Shown here: in pieces, positions 42,264 to 55,262 of the stretch
How the letters are laid out: every line of letters starts with the position of its first letter
Numbering within the stretch: the first letter of the stretch is position 1
NCBI RefSeq assembly: GCF_009914755.1
Contig: NC_060934.1
Source: the human T2T-CHM13v2.0 reference genome, Homo sapiens
Length of the DNA: 64,000 nucleotides
Strand: one strand, 5' to 3'
Notes under the pieces: model-generated
What the model was told of the DNA's origin: nothing
What the model saw: the letters and a program-made list of their open reading frames with translations, nothing else
The model's database searches: none
Position numbers and translations under genes: made by a program

Positions 42264-42680
42264 ACCAACTGGCTCAGAAGTAACCTGTAATATATGGATC
42301 CATCAGCATGTGAGCGTTCTGTGGAGCTTAGTAAAGAGAGCGTTCTGTGGAGAAACTTGTAAGGGAGTAAGGGATGCAGGATCGAGCAAGAGAAGAAACT
42401 AGGTAAATACACAGTTTCAACAAGTAAGGTCTCAGCTCAATCCCATGGAGAGTTTGGCAGTGATTTGTGTGAGTTTTCACACCCAGAAAGCCGTTATATC
42501 ACTGCATATATTAATCATTGGCTATACCTCCAAGTAGTGTGATATCCTTCCTTCAAAGGCAATATTCTGTGAAGCCTTCCACAGAGGACTCCACTACTCA
42601 TACATGCCGAAGGATGCAGGTGCAATTCCTTATCATTCAGCACTTGCAGCAACTGAGAGTGAAATGCATAGGCCCATTGT
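42264..42680 (-). mobile_element. LTR16-family ERVL LTR
   Basis: aagggagtaagggatgcaggat...aaggtctcagctcaatcccatggagag. Confidence 0.55.
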
Positions 42681-42939
42681 AATTTCAAGGTCACAATTCC
42701 TGATGTAGAATGTTGATTCTTCATTTATTTCAGCGGGGGACCTTGGTAAATCACTTGTGTCTCACTTTCTTAATCTGATAATACATATCAATCTCACTGG
42801 AGCATTATGAGGCTCAAACACAGTCATTCACTATTGATATTTTCTTTCACATGAATCGGTCAAGTGTTTGTACTCTGCACATGTGCTATGTCTGAGAAAA
42901 CATCAGTGTAATCTCCAAAGGCCATTTCCTTTACCTCTG

Positions 42940-43325
42940 TGTGAATACGTAAAGTAAGCTCCAAACCTCCCTTAAAGTTTTATGGGGCTATGTGACTGTT
43001 CTGGCTGTTGAAATGGGGCCAATGTAACATATTCTACTTCTTATCCAGATACTTAAAAATCTTTCATGTGTCCATTAGTTCTTCTTTTACTTTGGTATCT
43101 GGCAAATAAAAGTTAAAAAAGCTAAACAGAATGTGTATATATATTTTTAGATGTATATTTCTAAATGGAGCTGGAATGTTTTAGAAAATGCTATAGGTAT
43201 TATATTGAAGGAGCTGAAATTTTTTAATTACTTCATGGAGAAGAACTCACCTGCTGAGCATGATGGATTGTGGCATAGATGAGAAATAAAATATATTATT
43301 GAAGTCACTGAGATTTGGGAGAAAA
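42940..43325 (+). mobile_element. MLT1J-like LTR
   Basis: ggggctatgtgactgttctggc...gatgagaaataaa...aagtcactgagatttggg. Confidence 0.6.
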
Positions 43326-43534
43326 CATGAAGTCAGGGTTTTCTGACTTTTTCAAGTAAATATGCATCACTGACTTTAAGATGTAACAAGCAAGAGACTA
43401 TGAGTGCAGTATCCAAATCATATTACCCATAAGGTTAACATAGTCACAAGCATAGAGTCAGCTGGTGTTAGCCAATAATAATATTGTCATACTCTGATAA
43501 CATTTTATAATAATATAATGCAACACACTGCATT

Positions 43535-43770
43535 GAATAATAACCACTAACATCTATTGATTGCATAATATATGCCAGGCACTATGTCAAACAAATTTCA
43601 CTTATGATAAAATTTAATCCTATCAAGGCAGATGAAAATATTATCCGTATTTTACAGACAGAGATTGAAGTTCAGAAAGTTTACATAATGCATAAGTAGT
43701 TAATGTGTTATAGAAAATAATTTGAACCATGTTCATCTGAATTTGCAAACTCTTGTTCTTAGCTACCTCA
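43535..43770 (-). mobile_element. MIR SINE
   Basis: tatgccaggcactatg...attttacagacagagattgaagttcaga. Confidence 0.75.
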
Positions 43771-44560
43771 TGAAATTATAGCATAAGAGAGAGAGCTAAA
43801 ATAACATCCAGGACACCAGGAATCTGACATCCAGTTACTAATACTAAATTTAACTGGCTGATATAGCTTAAGTACTTTATCTCTCTGGATCTTAGACTTT
43901 AAAGCTCTTTACAGTGGCATTTTGTGATTCCAACTCAGAAGTGAGATGTTTATAACTTCAGAGATCCAACGACTATCTAAATCAGGTGTGCTTAATGTTT
44001 TGTGTCATTTCCTTACTTAGAGAATCCATCTTAAATGTCTAACTTTTGGAGTTTGGGATAAAAAAATAAAAAGTAAAACAAGTACTCATCTCTGTATGAT
44101 GATTTTCTTTTAGAGAATATTGGATTTTTTAGCACTTGGAAAACAGAAAAGCAAAAGTCATGTTGTTCTGTTTAGGATTTGGAGACTGAACTCCCATAAG
44201 TTGAAAAACATACAGTGGGTTAAAGATAACTTTTCCAATTAATGTAAGACCCGAATAGAGACATTTATTTAATAAGCTCATTTTTTTCTAGGTCAAACAA
44301 AGTAGTTGAACCACTTGGACAGTCTTAGGAAAAAACAAGCCATTAGAAAATAAACATGTTTAATCTAGCAACCTGATGGAAGAGCCAATAAGGAAAAGAT
44401 ATGTATCTTTGCCGGAATTAGGTATCAGGTCTAAGAGCATCTTAGGTGTACCATCTTGCTTTGCAGAGGCTGCTCTGGGACCCAGCTCAAACTTGACAAT
44501 TATTTAAATGACAGCAAGTCAAACAACAAGCTCCCAAGGGCAATCAAGAAATGTCCTTTA

Positions 44561-44880
<320 letters not shown>

Positions 44881-46379
44881 AAGAAATGTTCTTTATATAC
44901 ATCCATTGTGAGTGTCTAAAATATTGAGAAAAAATTTTGTCTTCCTGAGAAATTGCTTATCTTAGAGGCAAATATAAAATAATAATTATATGAGAAATAG
45001 ATGTTTTACTATTTATGCCATTTCTCCCATAATACTCCAAAAACTGGCCTCCTGTCTTAGGTGCCTGATAAATAAATAAGTAGATAAATAAAGTTTAATT
45101 ACATCGTATGTGTGGGGAAAGAAAAATAGAATATACAAACAACTGTACAATACCTGGAAATAGACTATTTGTTCATACACAAATTATTTTAGAAAAGGTA
45201 TAATTTAAAAATTATCCAGAATATTCTTCTTGTTTATATTAAAATTCTATACAAATATAAATATGCCTATGAAAGCTTGCTTACATCCGTGTATATTTTC
45301 ATTTACTTACGGTATTATATATCCAAACTAAACTGAAATTTTATGCTTCCTTTCAATGTAACATTTGTATTTAAAAGTCTAGTTTGACCTCAAATCATCT
45401 TTGTTTCAGCAGCTCTAGGGAGTATTGAGTAACCTTTTGCAACATTTATGCCTTTCTAATTTGAACAGTGAGAGTGCTTTAAAACATAGTTTGTTAATAG
45501 ATTTTTAAATCAGGTTTTTTAAAAAAATTTGTTTATAATAGCATTTTAAACAATTTTTAAAATTGCTGTCTTTCAACACTAATGCTACTTCTGAGTGAAG
45601 ATGTTCAAAAAGAGAGGGCTGCTATCTCTGGGCCATAGTATGGTGCTGAGAAAAAAGAAAATCCATTTATTCACAATCTGTGTGTATTCATATCAACTGT
45701 GGAACTAAATTTTTTGATAAAAACAAAATACATTCACAGATTTTCAGAAGAATCTAGTGCTTTCTAGATAAATTTCATACAGGCTTACTATATCCATCCA
45801 AATACATTTAAATTCTAAATGGCAGTATACAGTCTTAGCCTGGAATCCACTTTCAACATGATTAAGGTCTTTACCAATAATATTACTACTAGGAAATTGA
45901 GACAAAGATTCAAGCTAAAAATGATGTCAAATCTTCTTTAAATCAAGTGAGTGGCAGTTACTCTTTATCACATGGAAAAGATAGGAAAAGGCTTTCTCTT
46001 TCATAATTGGATTAAACCTAGATGGAAAAAAAATTTCCTCCTTTTGTTTACCTTAGCTATCTAAGCTACTCACAGTGTCACTCTCCTCAGCCTCACATAA
46101 TCAATAGCTGCTTCCTGCTTGGTTATATTGTGTCAACTTCCTACTTACACATATTTTGGGGGAATATAGCATTGTCAGAGGTTCTGCTCCCTCACTGCAG
46201 AGTGCTAACTAGTCAACTCCATATCATACTCAATTACAAGTCACTTGATATTAGACATGGCTTATTTCAGTCCATGATATTCTTCAGATGACTTCTACTG
46301 AAAGTGATGAACCAGCCATTCTCACATCTTTGTCCCAATTCCTTCATAATTCTCATATTTAAGGATTTTTATATGTATA

Positions 46380-48405
46380 CATTTATTAGTTTTACTGAGG
46401 CATAATTGATAAACAAAAATTGTGTACACTTCTCATATATGTCTTGATGAGTTTTTACATATGCATACATCCATAATACCATCATCACAACTAAGGTACT
46501 AAACATAATAATTACTTCCAAAAATGTCCTTGTGTTTTGTGTAGGTGTGTATGAGAGTGTGTGTCTGTTTTGGTGAGAGCACTTAACATGAGATCTGTCT
46601 CCTTAATACATTTTAAAGTGCACAATACCATATTGTTAACTATAGGTACTATGTTGTACAGATCTCTAGAACTTATTCATCTGGTATTAATATATATATA
46701 TATATATTTATATGGTAAATATTTATATATAAATATATTTATATTACATATAGCTATACAGCTATATACACGTATAATATTACAATATTACACACACATA
46801 TATATGCGTGTGTGTGTGTGTATATATATATACACATCTATATACTCCCAGTTCCTGGCAACCACCATTCTACTCTCTGCTTCTATGAGTTTATTTTTCT
46901 TTTTTATTTTAGATCCCTCATACAAGTGAAATCATGCAGTTATTTGTTCTTCTGTGACAGTCTTATTTCGCTCAGTATAATGTCTTCTAGGTCCATCCAT
47001 GTTGTCACATACTTCAGGATTTTCTTTTTCTAAGGCTGAGAAATACTCCATTGTATGTATATACCACAATGTATTTGTTCATTCATCTCTTGATGTACAT
47101 TTAAGGTTGCTTTCATATTTTGCCTATTATGAATAATGTTGCCATGAATGTGGGGGTGCAGATATATCTTTGAGATCCTGATTTCATTTTTTTATATAAT
47201 CCAAAAATGGGATTGCTGAATCATTCATAGTTCTATTTTTACCTTTTAAAGGAAGCTCTATACGGTTTTCCTTAATGACTGCACCTTTCTACATTCCCAC
47301 CAATAGTGTACTACATAAGGGTTTCAATTTCTCCATGCCCTTGACAACATTTATCATATATACGATATGTGTTGTCGTATATCATATGAAACATGTATAT
47401 AAATTGTGCATGTGTTTATATATAATAGCTATTCTAGTAGGTGTGAGGTGATATCTCATTGTGGTTTTGATATGCATTTTCCTTGTATAGAGCACCTTTC
47501 AATATACTAAAAGGCTATTTGTATGTTTTCTTTGGAGAAATATCTACTCATTTCCATTGCCCATATTTTAAATTTCATTTTTAGTTGACAAATAATAATG
47601 GTATATTCTTCTGTGACACAATGTGATGTTTCAATACATGTATACAATGTGAAATGATTGAATTGGGATGTTTAGTATATCCATCACCTCAAATATATAT
47701 ATATATATATATCACTTTTTGTGATAAGGACATTTTAAATCCCATTTTAGTTATATAGAAATAAAATATTATTATTAACTATAGTCTCCATACTGTGCAA
47801 TGGAACACCAGAACTTATTCCTTCTATCTAACTGAAACTTATTCCTTCTAACTGACCAACATATGCCCTTTTCCCACACATCTCTCCACCATCCTATCAC
47901 CTCCAAACTCTGGAAACCACCATTCTAGCTCTACTTCTATGAGTTTAACACGTTTAGATTTCACACATAAGTGAGATTATATCGTATTGGTCTCTCAGTG
48001 CCTGGTACATTTTACTTATTTGTTTTATGGTCTGGTTTCTGTTTTTGTTTTTGCTATTCAGATATAGGACAGTCTTATATATTTTATATATTAATTCCTT
48101 CTCAGACAGTTTGCAAATATTATTTTCCACTCTGTAGATCACATTTTCACTTTATTGATGATTTGCTTTGTTGTGCAGAAGCTTTTTAGGTTTATGTAGT
48201 CACAGTTGACTATTTTTGGTTCTGTTGCTTCTGTTTTTGGTGTCAAATTTAATAAGTCATTCCCAAGAATAATTTCAAGTAGTTTTCCACTATATTTTCT
48301 TCCAGAAGTGATATGTTTCAGGTCATATGTTTATATATTTAATCTATTTAAGTTTGTGTATATATGGTGTAATAGAGGGTTTCAAATTCATTATTTTGCT
48401 TGTAC
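46380..48405 (-). mobile_element. L1MA10/L1MB-type 3' portion (interrupted by an L1MA and a TA-rich tract)
   Basis: gagcacttaacatgagatct...aactataggtactatgttgtacagatctctagaacttattcatct; ORF2 3' antisense text to 48405. Confidence 0.82.
47566..48018 (-). mobile_element. Nested L1MA (about MA6-8) 3' end
   Basis: ttgacaaataataatggtata...atatccatcacctcaaata; a second, independent 3'UTR inside the host L1. Confidence 0.8.
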
Positions 48406-48855
48406 AGTGAAAACTGTAAAACACTTAAGAAATTAAGCAATCACTAATAAATGGAAAGATGTCCCATGTTCATGGATTAGAAGAATTAATATTGTTAAAA
48501 TGCCTGCACTATCCAAAGGGATATACAGATTAATGCAATTTCTATTCAAATCCTATTGGCATTTTTTACAGAAATAGGAAACACAATCCTAAAATTTATA
48601 TGAAGCTGCAAAATACTGCTGAACAGCCAGAGCAATCTTGAGAATGAACAGAGTTGAAGGTATCATACTTGTTGTTTCAGAATACATTACACAGCTACAG
48701 TAATTAAAAGAGTTTGTTACTGGCATAAATACATACATATAGATCAATGAAACAGAATAGAAGGTTCAGAAATATATCTACATATACATGGTCAGCTGAT
48801 CTACAGCAAGGGTGTCAAGAGCACACAAAAGAAAAAAAAAAGACAGTCTTTTGCA
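48406..48855 (+). mobile_element. Inverted 5' segment of the 46380-48405 L1 (ORF2)
   Basis: Sense ORF2 text aaatggaaagatgtcccatgttcatggattagaagaattaatattgttaaaatg...gacagtcttt. Confidence 0.8.
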
Positions 48856-50024
48856 TGAATTTATATTTAGGTTGCCTTTCCACTCCTCTCCAACTTCGTT
48901 AGATGATATCCACTCTTGGCAGCCTTGGAGTCTGGGTTAACTAAGGACTATAGCTGACTCTCACACCACCTTACATTTGATACTGGCCTGTTTAGTTTTC
49001 TGTAGCCTTAATAACTGCCTCTTCACCTAACTTGACCACCACTTACCACCTATTTATCAGATTTAGTGAATTTTGTGATGCCTTTTTTCACCTTTTGCAG
49101 CATGACACCCGTATCATTTTAAACTTTGTACAGATGATGTTTTTACCTTCAGTAGCTCCCGTAATCTAAAATGAGTTCCCCCTTCCTTCTTACTGTGAAC
49201 CTCAGAGCCTCTATCTTCACAGCCCAAATGCCCTAGCTAAAACAGCCTCTGCCATGTTCCTCCTGAATGTATGAGAGAGAGGTAATACAGAATAGCTCCT
49301 CCTTGATTCCTGAGCTGTGATCCTTTCTTAAGCATCTAACAGTACAGAACAATCAACATTCACTATTAACTACTGTTTACTGACAGACCATATGAGGAAG
49401 TGGCTTTTACTATTCTACCATTAGTAAAAATAACACAATTTCTTTAAAAAATATATTATCTGCTTATCTTTGAGAGGTATTTAATGTAGTAGGAAAACTT
49501 GCTCTCAAATAAAAAGTAATTGCCATAAGACCATTCAAGGACTCTCTGCATTCAATTTGATTAAATTAAAATATGTCTCTACCAGAGGAACCAGCTTAGG
49601 AAAATATTTAAAGTGAAGAGCAAATGAGTGTTCATTTCTTCTGTATATATAAAAAACTAAGAATTGATAACTTTCATAGCTCAATTCACATATTTTATCT
49701 CTTTGCCTTCCAAGTGGTATCGCTTTAAATTAGCTCCACATGAGAAACAAACTGAAAAAAATAAATGATATTATTGGAACAGACTTTTTGTATGCTATGA
49801 TATGGACGACAGACTGCAAGTTGCTAGACCTGCTAGACCACAGTCTATTTTCTGCATCTAGACATATTTGATGTGCGCCATATATTCTTGTCTTGGGCAA
49901 TTTTGTTTTTAATTTTGTGCCAACATTCAAGTTTTAGGAGAATCCAATATAAATTGACATGCATTTTTTCTTCATGTAAATAATCAAAATATCTGACAGC
50001 ATCAGGCTGAGACAAGAAGTCTTT

Positions 50025-51545
50025 TCAAAACACTAAAGGAGCGTGCTGATGGTCGTACATATACATAAATGTTTATAGCAAGACATGAGTGGTTCCACAG
50101 CTTCAAAAGGCGTCATGGTTTTCACAATGTGAAAGTGAGCAGTAAGGCAGAAAGTGCTGATACTGAAGGTGCCAAAACTTTTAAGAAAGAGCTGCATGAG
50201 ATAATTGTAAATGAGAAATATTTGCCAGGACAAATAATAATGATGAAAAAAACTTGTTCTGGAAGTGTATATTTTAACTGTCATACATTGATCAAGAGTC
50301 CAGGGTGGCAGAATTTAAGGCATTCAAAGCCTACGTAATGGCTGCTTTTCAGTAGAAATATTGCAAGGTTCAAATTAATTACTATCCTAATCTACCTCTT
50401 GGAGAACTCTAGAGCATTCAAGAATATGGAAAACATATGCCTCCTGCTTACTATCTACATGAAGAAAGCCTAGATGACATCAACCTTATTCAAAGACTGA
50501 TTTTTGAACTCTTTTATTCTATAGGTAAGAGAATATTGTAGGCAAAATAGCTCTCATTCAAATTTCTTATCATAGACAATGCCTTGGGGTGTCCACAGCT
50601 TATTAATGGCATGCAGTCTGATGTAAAGGTTGTGAATTTGCCACTGAAAACAACTTCACACATTCAACCAATAAGGCACAATAGCTGCCTTCAAATATTA
50701 TTTACACGAAACATTTGTGCAGGCAATTGAAGCAACTGAATGTGGCCAAACACTGATAGTTTTGGAGAGGTTTTAACATTCTAAATGTTTGTCTGAAACA
50801 TGGCTGTAGTATGGGAAGAAGTAACACAACAACACATAATCAACATTAGGAAGAAAGATTTGAAGACATGTGAACACATTCAAAGGCTTTAACAAAGATT
50901 CTGCTATTGATAAAATAGTAAATAACAAGATATTAGTGGCTGGGAAACAGAACTGGGCATTGACGAAGAGGATATTCATGAGCTTGTTGGCATTGAGGCT
51001 GAAGGATTTTCCAGTGAAGCACTGTTCAAACTGAAGAAAGAAGTAAAGAAGTTGAGGTAGAGGAAGAATAAATTATACCCGAGGCACTAAGAAAGTTCAC
51101 AGAGAAGAAATTGGTGAAGGTGTTTGCTACTGTCAGTGGTAGCATACCGAAGTTAGAAGAAATAAACATCAATTAGGAGAGATTCTCAAGAGCTGACAGG
51201 CAGATACAGGATGCTCTTGCTTGCTCTAGAGACATATATAAAGCAAAGAAGAAGCAAAAGATACAGTCAAAACTTAATGTCGTTCTGAAGAACACTATGC
51301 CTGCTAACCCATCAACAAGTATGAATGTCCTAGTGCCTTCTATTAGCTACTCAGGAGCCTCATTAGAAAAGAGGTAAGTTGATGACTCTGTCACTGAAGC
51401 ATCCCTATCATCCAGCAATTAATTTTACTTCAATGCCTCAAATATTCTTCAGGCACAGTGTGCTTTCGGCTGTGTACATTCATGGTGAGTAACCATAAAA
51501 TCATCCTGTTTTTCATTTTCAGTACAGTATTACATGATACATATC
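50025..51545 (+). mobile_element. Tigger4 (Zombi)-like DNA transposon fragment with degraded transposase
   Basis: ORF 50069-50338 (WFHSFKRRHGFHNVKVSSKAESADTEGAKTF...YLPGQI) is pogo/Tigger CENP-B-type; 3' text ggtgagtaaccata...tttcagtacagtatt; no TIRs seen. Confidence 0.8.
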
Positions 51546-51859
51546 ATTATCTATCACAAAGTATACTTTATAATTATAAACAGAAAGAAAATATATCATT
51601 TTGGGAGAAGCACCATTTATATGTGCAGTCTTCATACAGCTTACTATATAGTCTATTAAATTATGTAGAATAAACAAAACTAAGACAAGTAAAGAAACAG
51701 ATTTTTATTTCCTCACAATAAAACTGTAAGAATAATAGTGGAAAAATGTTTCCTCCTTGCCAATACAAAATAGTTATTTTTAATACAGATGACTATGCCA
51801 ATTATGAGTACTTTTGTAAGTGTAGGTTGGTTAAAGCAAAAAATTTCTGAAAAAGACTC

Positions 51860-53105
51860 ATTTCAGATTTGAGTCTTTTGTCAAATATATTACTTATAAA
51901 TATTTTCATTAATCCTTTCACTTTTTTATGCATTTTATGATCTCATTTGATAAAGAAAAGTTTTAAATTATTATCAAATCCGTTTTACTGTTGTTTTTCT
52001 TTTGCTCTTATTATTTTTTGAGCCCTTCTAAGAAATCTCTGCCAATCCCATGTTATAAAGTTATGCTGCCTTCTAAAATTTAAAATGTGTAATATCAGGT
52101 GAGAGAAGGTCAAAGTTTAATTTTTTTCCATGGGATTACTGGAAACAAAGCTCTCATTCTTTAATGCCAATTTTTTTCCATATCTTTGTGAATATATTGT
52201 TCCAGCACCATTTGCTTAAAACATCATCCTTTTCCCATTCAATTGCTTTGGCATTTTTGTTGTAAATCAATTAACCATAAAATTATGAGTCTGAATCTGA
52301 ATTTACTATTTTGTGTATTGATTTATCTGTCCACATAATGCAAATACCAAACTATTTGATTGTCATAGTATTATGGTAAGCCTGGTGTTCAAATGCACAA
52401 ATTTTCCAATTTTGTTTGTTTTTGAAATTATTTTTCTAATTCCATGTCTATTGCAAATTCTTGTGAAATTTACAGTCAGCTTCTTATTTATTTTGTTTAC
52501 AAATGTCTGTTTTAATTATTAGAATCACATTAAATCTGTAAATAGAACTAAAAGTATTGAAAACAGTATAATGCATATCATAATATATCAAAGAACATAA
52601 TATATTCCTCCATTTCAGTGTAGAGATTTTTTTCCTTAATTGCTTTATCTTTTGATATTATTTAAGTATAATTGCTACTTTTAATTTAATAATCAAATTG
52701 TGTGTTGCTGATATGTAAAATAAAATAGATTCTTGTATGTGAACCTTGTACCTCACACCATGTTAATCTTGGTTACTAGTTATAGTTTGTTTTGTTTTTT
52801 AAAAAATTCTTAGGATAGTCTTTGTAAAAATTATGTCATCTCTGAATATATATAGCTTTTATTATTCTTTTTGAATCTTTGCTTCTTATTTCTTTTACTT
52901 GCCTTATTGTACTGGTAAAGATCTCCTGTATAAAGTGGATATAAATGGTAAGAATGACAACCTTGCCTTATATCTAATCTTATGCGGAAAGTATTCAGTG
53001 TTTTACTTTTATGTATACTTTATCTCTGGATTTTGTTTAGAAGTTCTTTATCAGAGTAAGAATGTTTCTGTAAATTTGTAGTTTTCTGAGAAATTGTATT
53101 AGAAA
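51860..53105 (-). mobile_element. Ancient L1M ORF2 remnant
   Basis: ttgttccagcaccatttgcttaaaa...; ccttattgtactggta. Confidence 0.75.
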
Positions 53106-53186
53106 ACTCATTTTCACCTAAATTGCCTAATTTTAACACAGAAAGCTTATACATTCCTTTTTTACTCAGATGATATAGAAGAATCT

Positions 53187-53664
53187 TTCATAAAAATGAA
53201 AGTGTCAATGAAACACAAACTCAAAAATTATAAATTCATATGCAACTAGTAATATGTTATGATAATACATGAACTAAAAGCTAACATAACAAAAGAAGAA
53301 ATTTTAAACAGACAAATTACAATCTGGAGACGAGATTTTTAACATCCTTTTTCAATAATTGATGAAAATACTAGACAAAAATCAGCAACAATGTAGAAAT
53401 CTTAATAAAAGTGTAAACAATTGACCAAATTGACAAGTAGATTTTATTATTACATTACCTAACATGTAAAATATACATTCTTTTCTAAGGGTATTGAGTT
53501 TACTATTATATACCTTTTGCTAGGTCATAAAAGAAGTCTCAATATATTTGAAAACACTAAAATTTACCAAGTAGGTTATCTGACTGCAAAGTAATTGACT
53601 GATTAATAACTCTAAGATGTCTAGAAAAGACAAATGTATTAGAAAATTAAGCAATACACTTGTA
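53187..53664 (+). mobile_element. L1M ORF2 endonuclease-region segment, inverted relative to its flanks
   Basis: Sense ORF2 text actagacaaaaatcagcaa...tatacattcttttctaag...ggtcataaaagaagtctcaata. Confidence 0.75.
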
Positions 53665-53960
53665 ACTTTCATTTTTATGAACTCTCGTTATCTCTTATAG
53701 AACTCAAATAAAGTCTATTTTGTTTGCCACTAAAATAATCATTACAAATTTTTTATGGTTAGTGATTTAAGTATCTTTTCATTCCTTTACTTTCAACCTA
53801 TTTATGTATTTTTTATTTAAGGTATGCTTCTTATACACATATCATAGTTGATTATTCTTTTTATTCTCTATTCACCAAACTTCCAGAGTGTTCAGATTAG
53901 AATATTCATTTTACTTTTATTTAATGTAATATCAATCATTTCTTTTTAGATTTGAAATTA
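53665..53960 (-). mobile_element. L1M ORF2 start, antisense
   Basis: gtctattttgtttg...cctttactttcaacctatttatgt. Confidence 0.7.
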
Positions 53961-54269
53961 TTCTTTTTATTGGCTACCTGTCTCGTTGTGTTTTGTTTGT
54001 TGTTTGTTGTGATGTCTCTTTAGGGTCCTTCCAGCCTCTGCCCATCAGCTGACTTCAAAGCCAGTGTCACTTAATTTATGTTTTTATTATGACTGCAGCC
54101 TGCTTTCAGATGCTTCCCATCAGTTCAGGGTAGAATGAGATAAAAAGAACTACTATGGGCATTACAGAATAGAAATCTATTAGAGAAATAAGATTCACAA
54201 CATTGTAGGATGAGCTGGGAAAATAAAGGTTCAGACTGGTGATTTGAAGGCTAAGACAATCACTAATCA

Positions 54270-54467
54270 AAACTAAGAAACTAATGGGTTTAGTTAAGGA
54301 TATATCTAGGTAGAATATTGAAGATGGCAACTTTCTTCTTTTAGTTGTATATAATGAGGAAAGGAGGTAAGAATATAAAAGAACTAACTATTCATTTAGT
54401 TTTCAATCAGAATTTAGAGGAAATGTTACCAACTCGGGACATGAAGGGTGGGAAAATATAACTTTCT
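54270..54467 (+). mobile_element. MLT1-internal (MaLR) fragment
   Basis: ttaaggatatatctaggtagaatattgaa...cagaatttagaggaaat...ggaaaatataactttctc. Confidence 0.55.
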
Positions 54468-54663
54468 CCGTCTCTACTAAAAATACAAAAAATTAGCTGG
54501 GCGTGGTGGCGGGCGCCTGTATTCCCAGCTACTCAGGAGGCTGAGGCAGGAGAATGGCGTGAACCCGGGAGGCGGAGCTTGCAGTGAGCGGAGATCGTGC
54601 CACTGCCCTCCAGCCTGGGCGACAGTGTAAGACTCCGTCTAAAAAAAAAAAAAAAAAAAAAAA
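54468..54663 (+). mobile_element. AluY, 5'-truncated
   Basis: AluY diagnostics gagaatggcgtgaacccgggaggcggagcttgcagtgagc; CpG-rich; A23 tail. Confidence 0.95.
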
Positions 54664-55262
54664 GATTTGAGTCTAGAGAAGACCATTTATTACCTAATTC
54701 TAGAGGCATGAGTTAGTTTCCATTAAGTAAACTTTTATAGTTCTCTTTTAAATCTTTAAATCTCTTTTTTGCTCTATTTTGAGGAGATAATGGCACCAAT
54801 TTGGTCATTTCTCCTCAAGTTTGGTAGGAATGTAACTATCACCATATTCTAAAATTTGATTTTTTATTACTAATTTTCACTAGCTTTGAGACTTTAACCA
54901 AAATTATGAAGTAACAGCTGTACAGCATTTTATATTACTTTTATAATCTTAGGTCCCACTCCTCAAAGGGGAATTATATGAATTGCTCTTTATTTTCTCA
55001 GCATCCCTTATAGAGCAGGCGTAGGTTGCTCACAGATATATTCATGGAAGATGAATCAGAAGTATGCCATAAAAGAGCAATGGAAAAACTGTTTTGCTTT
55101 TGGTATCTATTTATCAAAGCAACAGTGTCAGAAAGACCAAAAGACATGTACTTGCATTGTTGTCTGCAGCATCAGCAGTATGCACTATCTGGAGTCCACT
55201 GCTTCATGGTGGTCATTGCAATGTCCTAACGATTTTGGGAATATATTTTCTCCTATGATTCT

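Noticed and set aside
50069-50338. Possible domesticated TIGD-like gene
   Set aside because: The frame breaks before the DDE catalytic region and downstream sequence has multiple stops.
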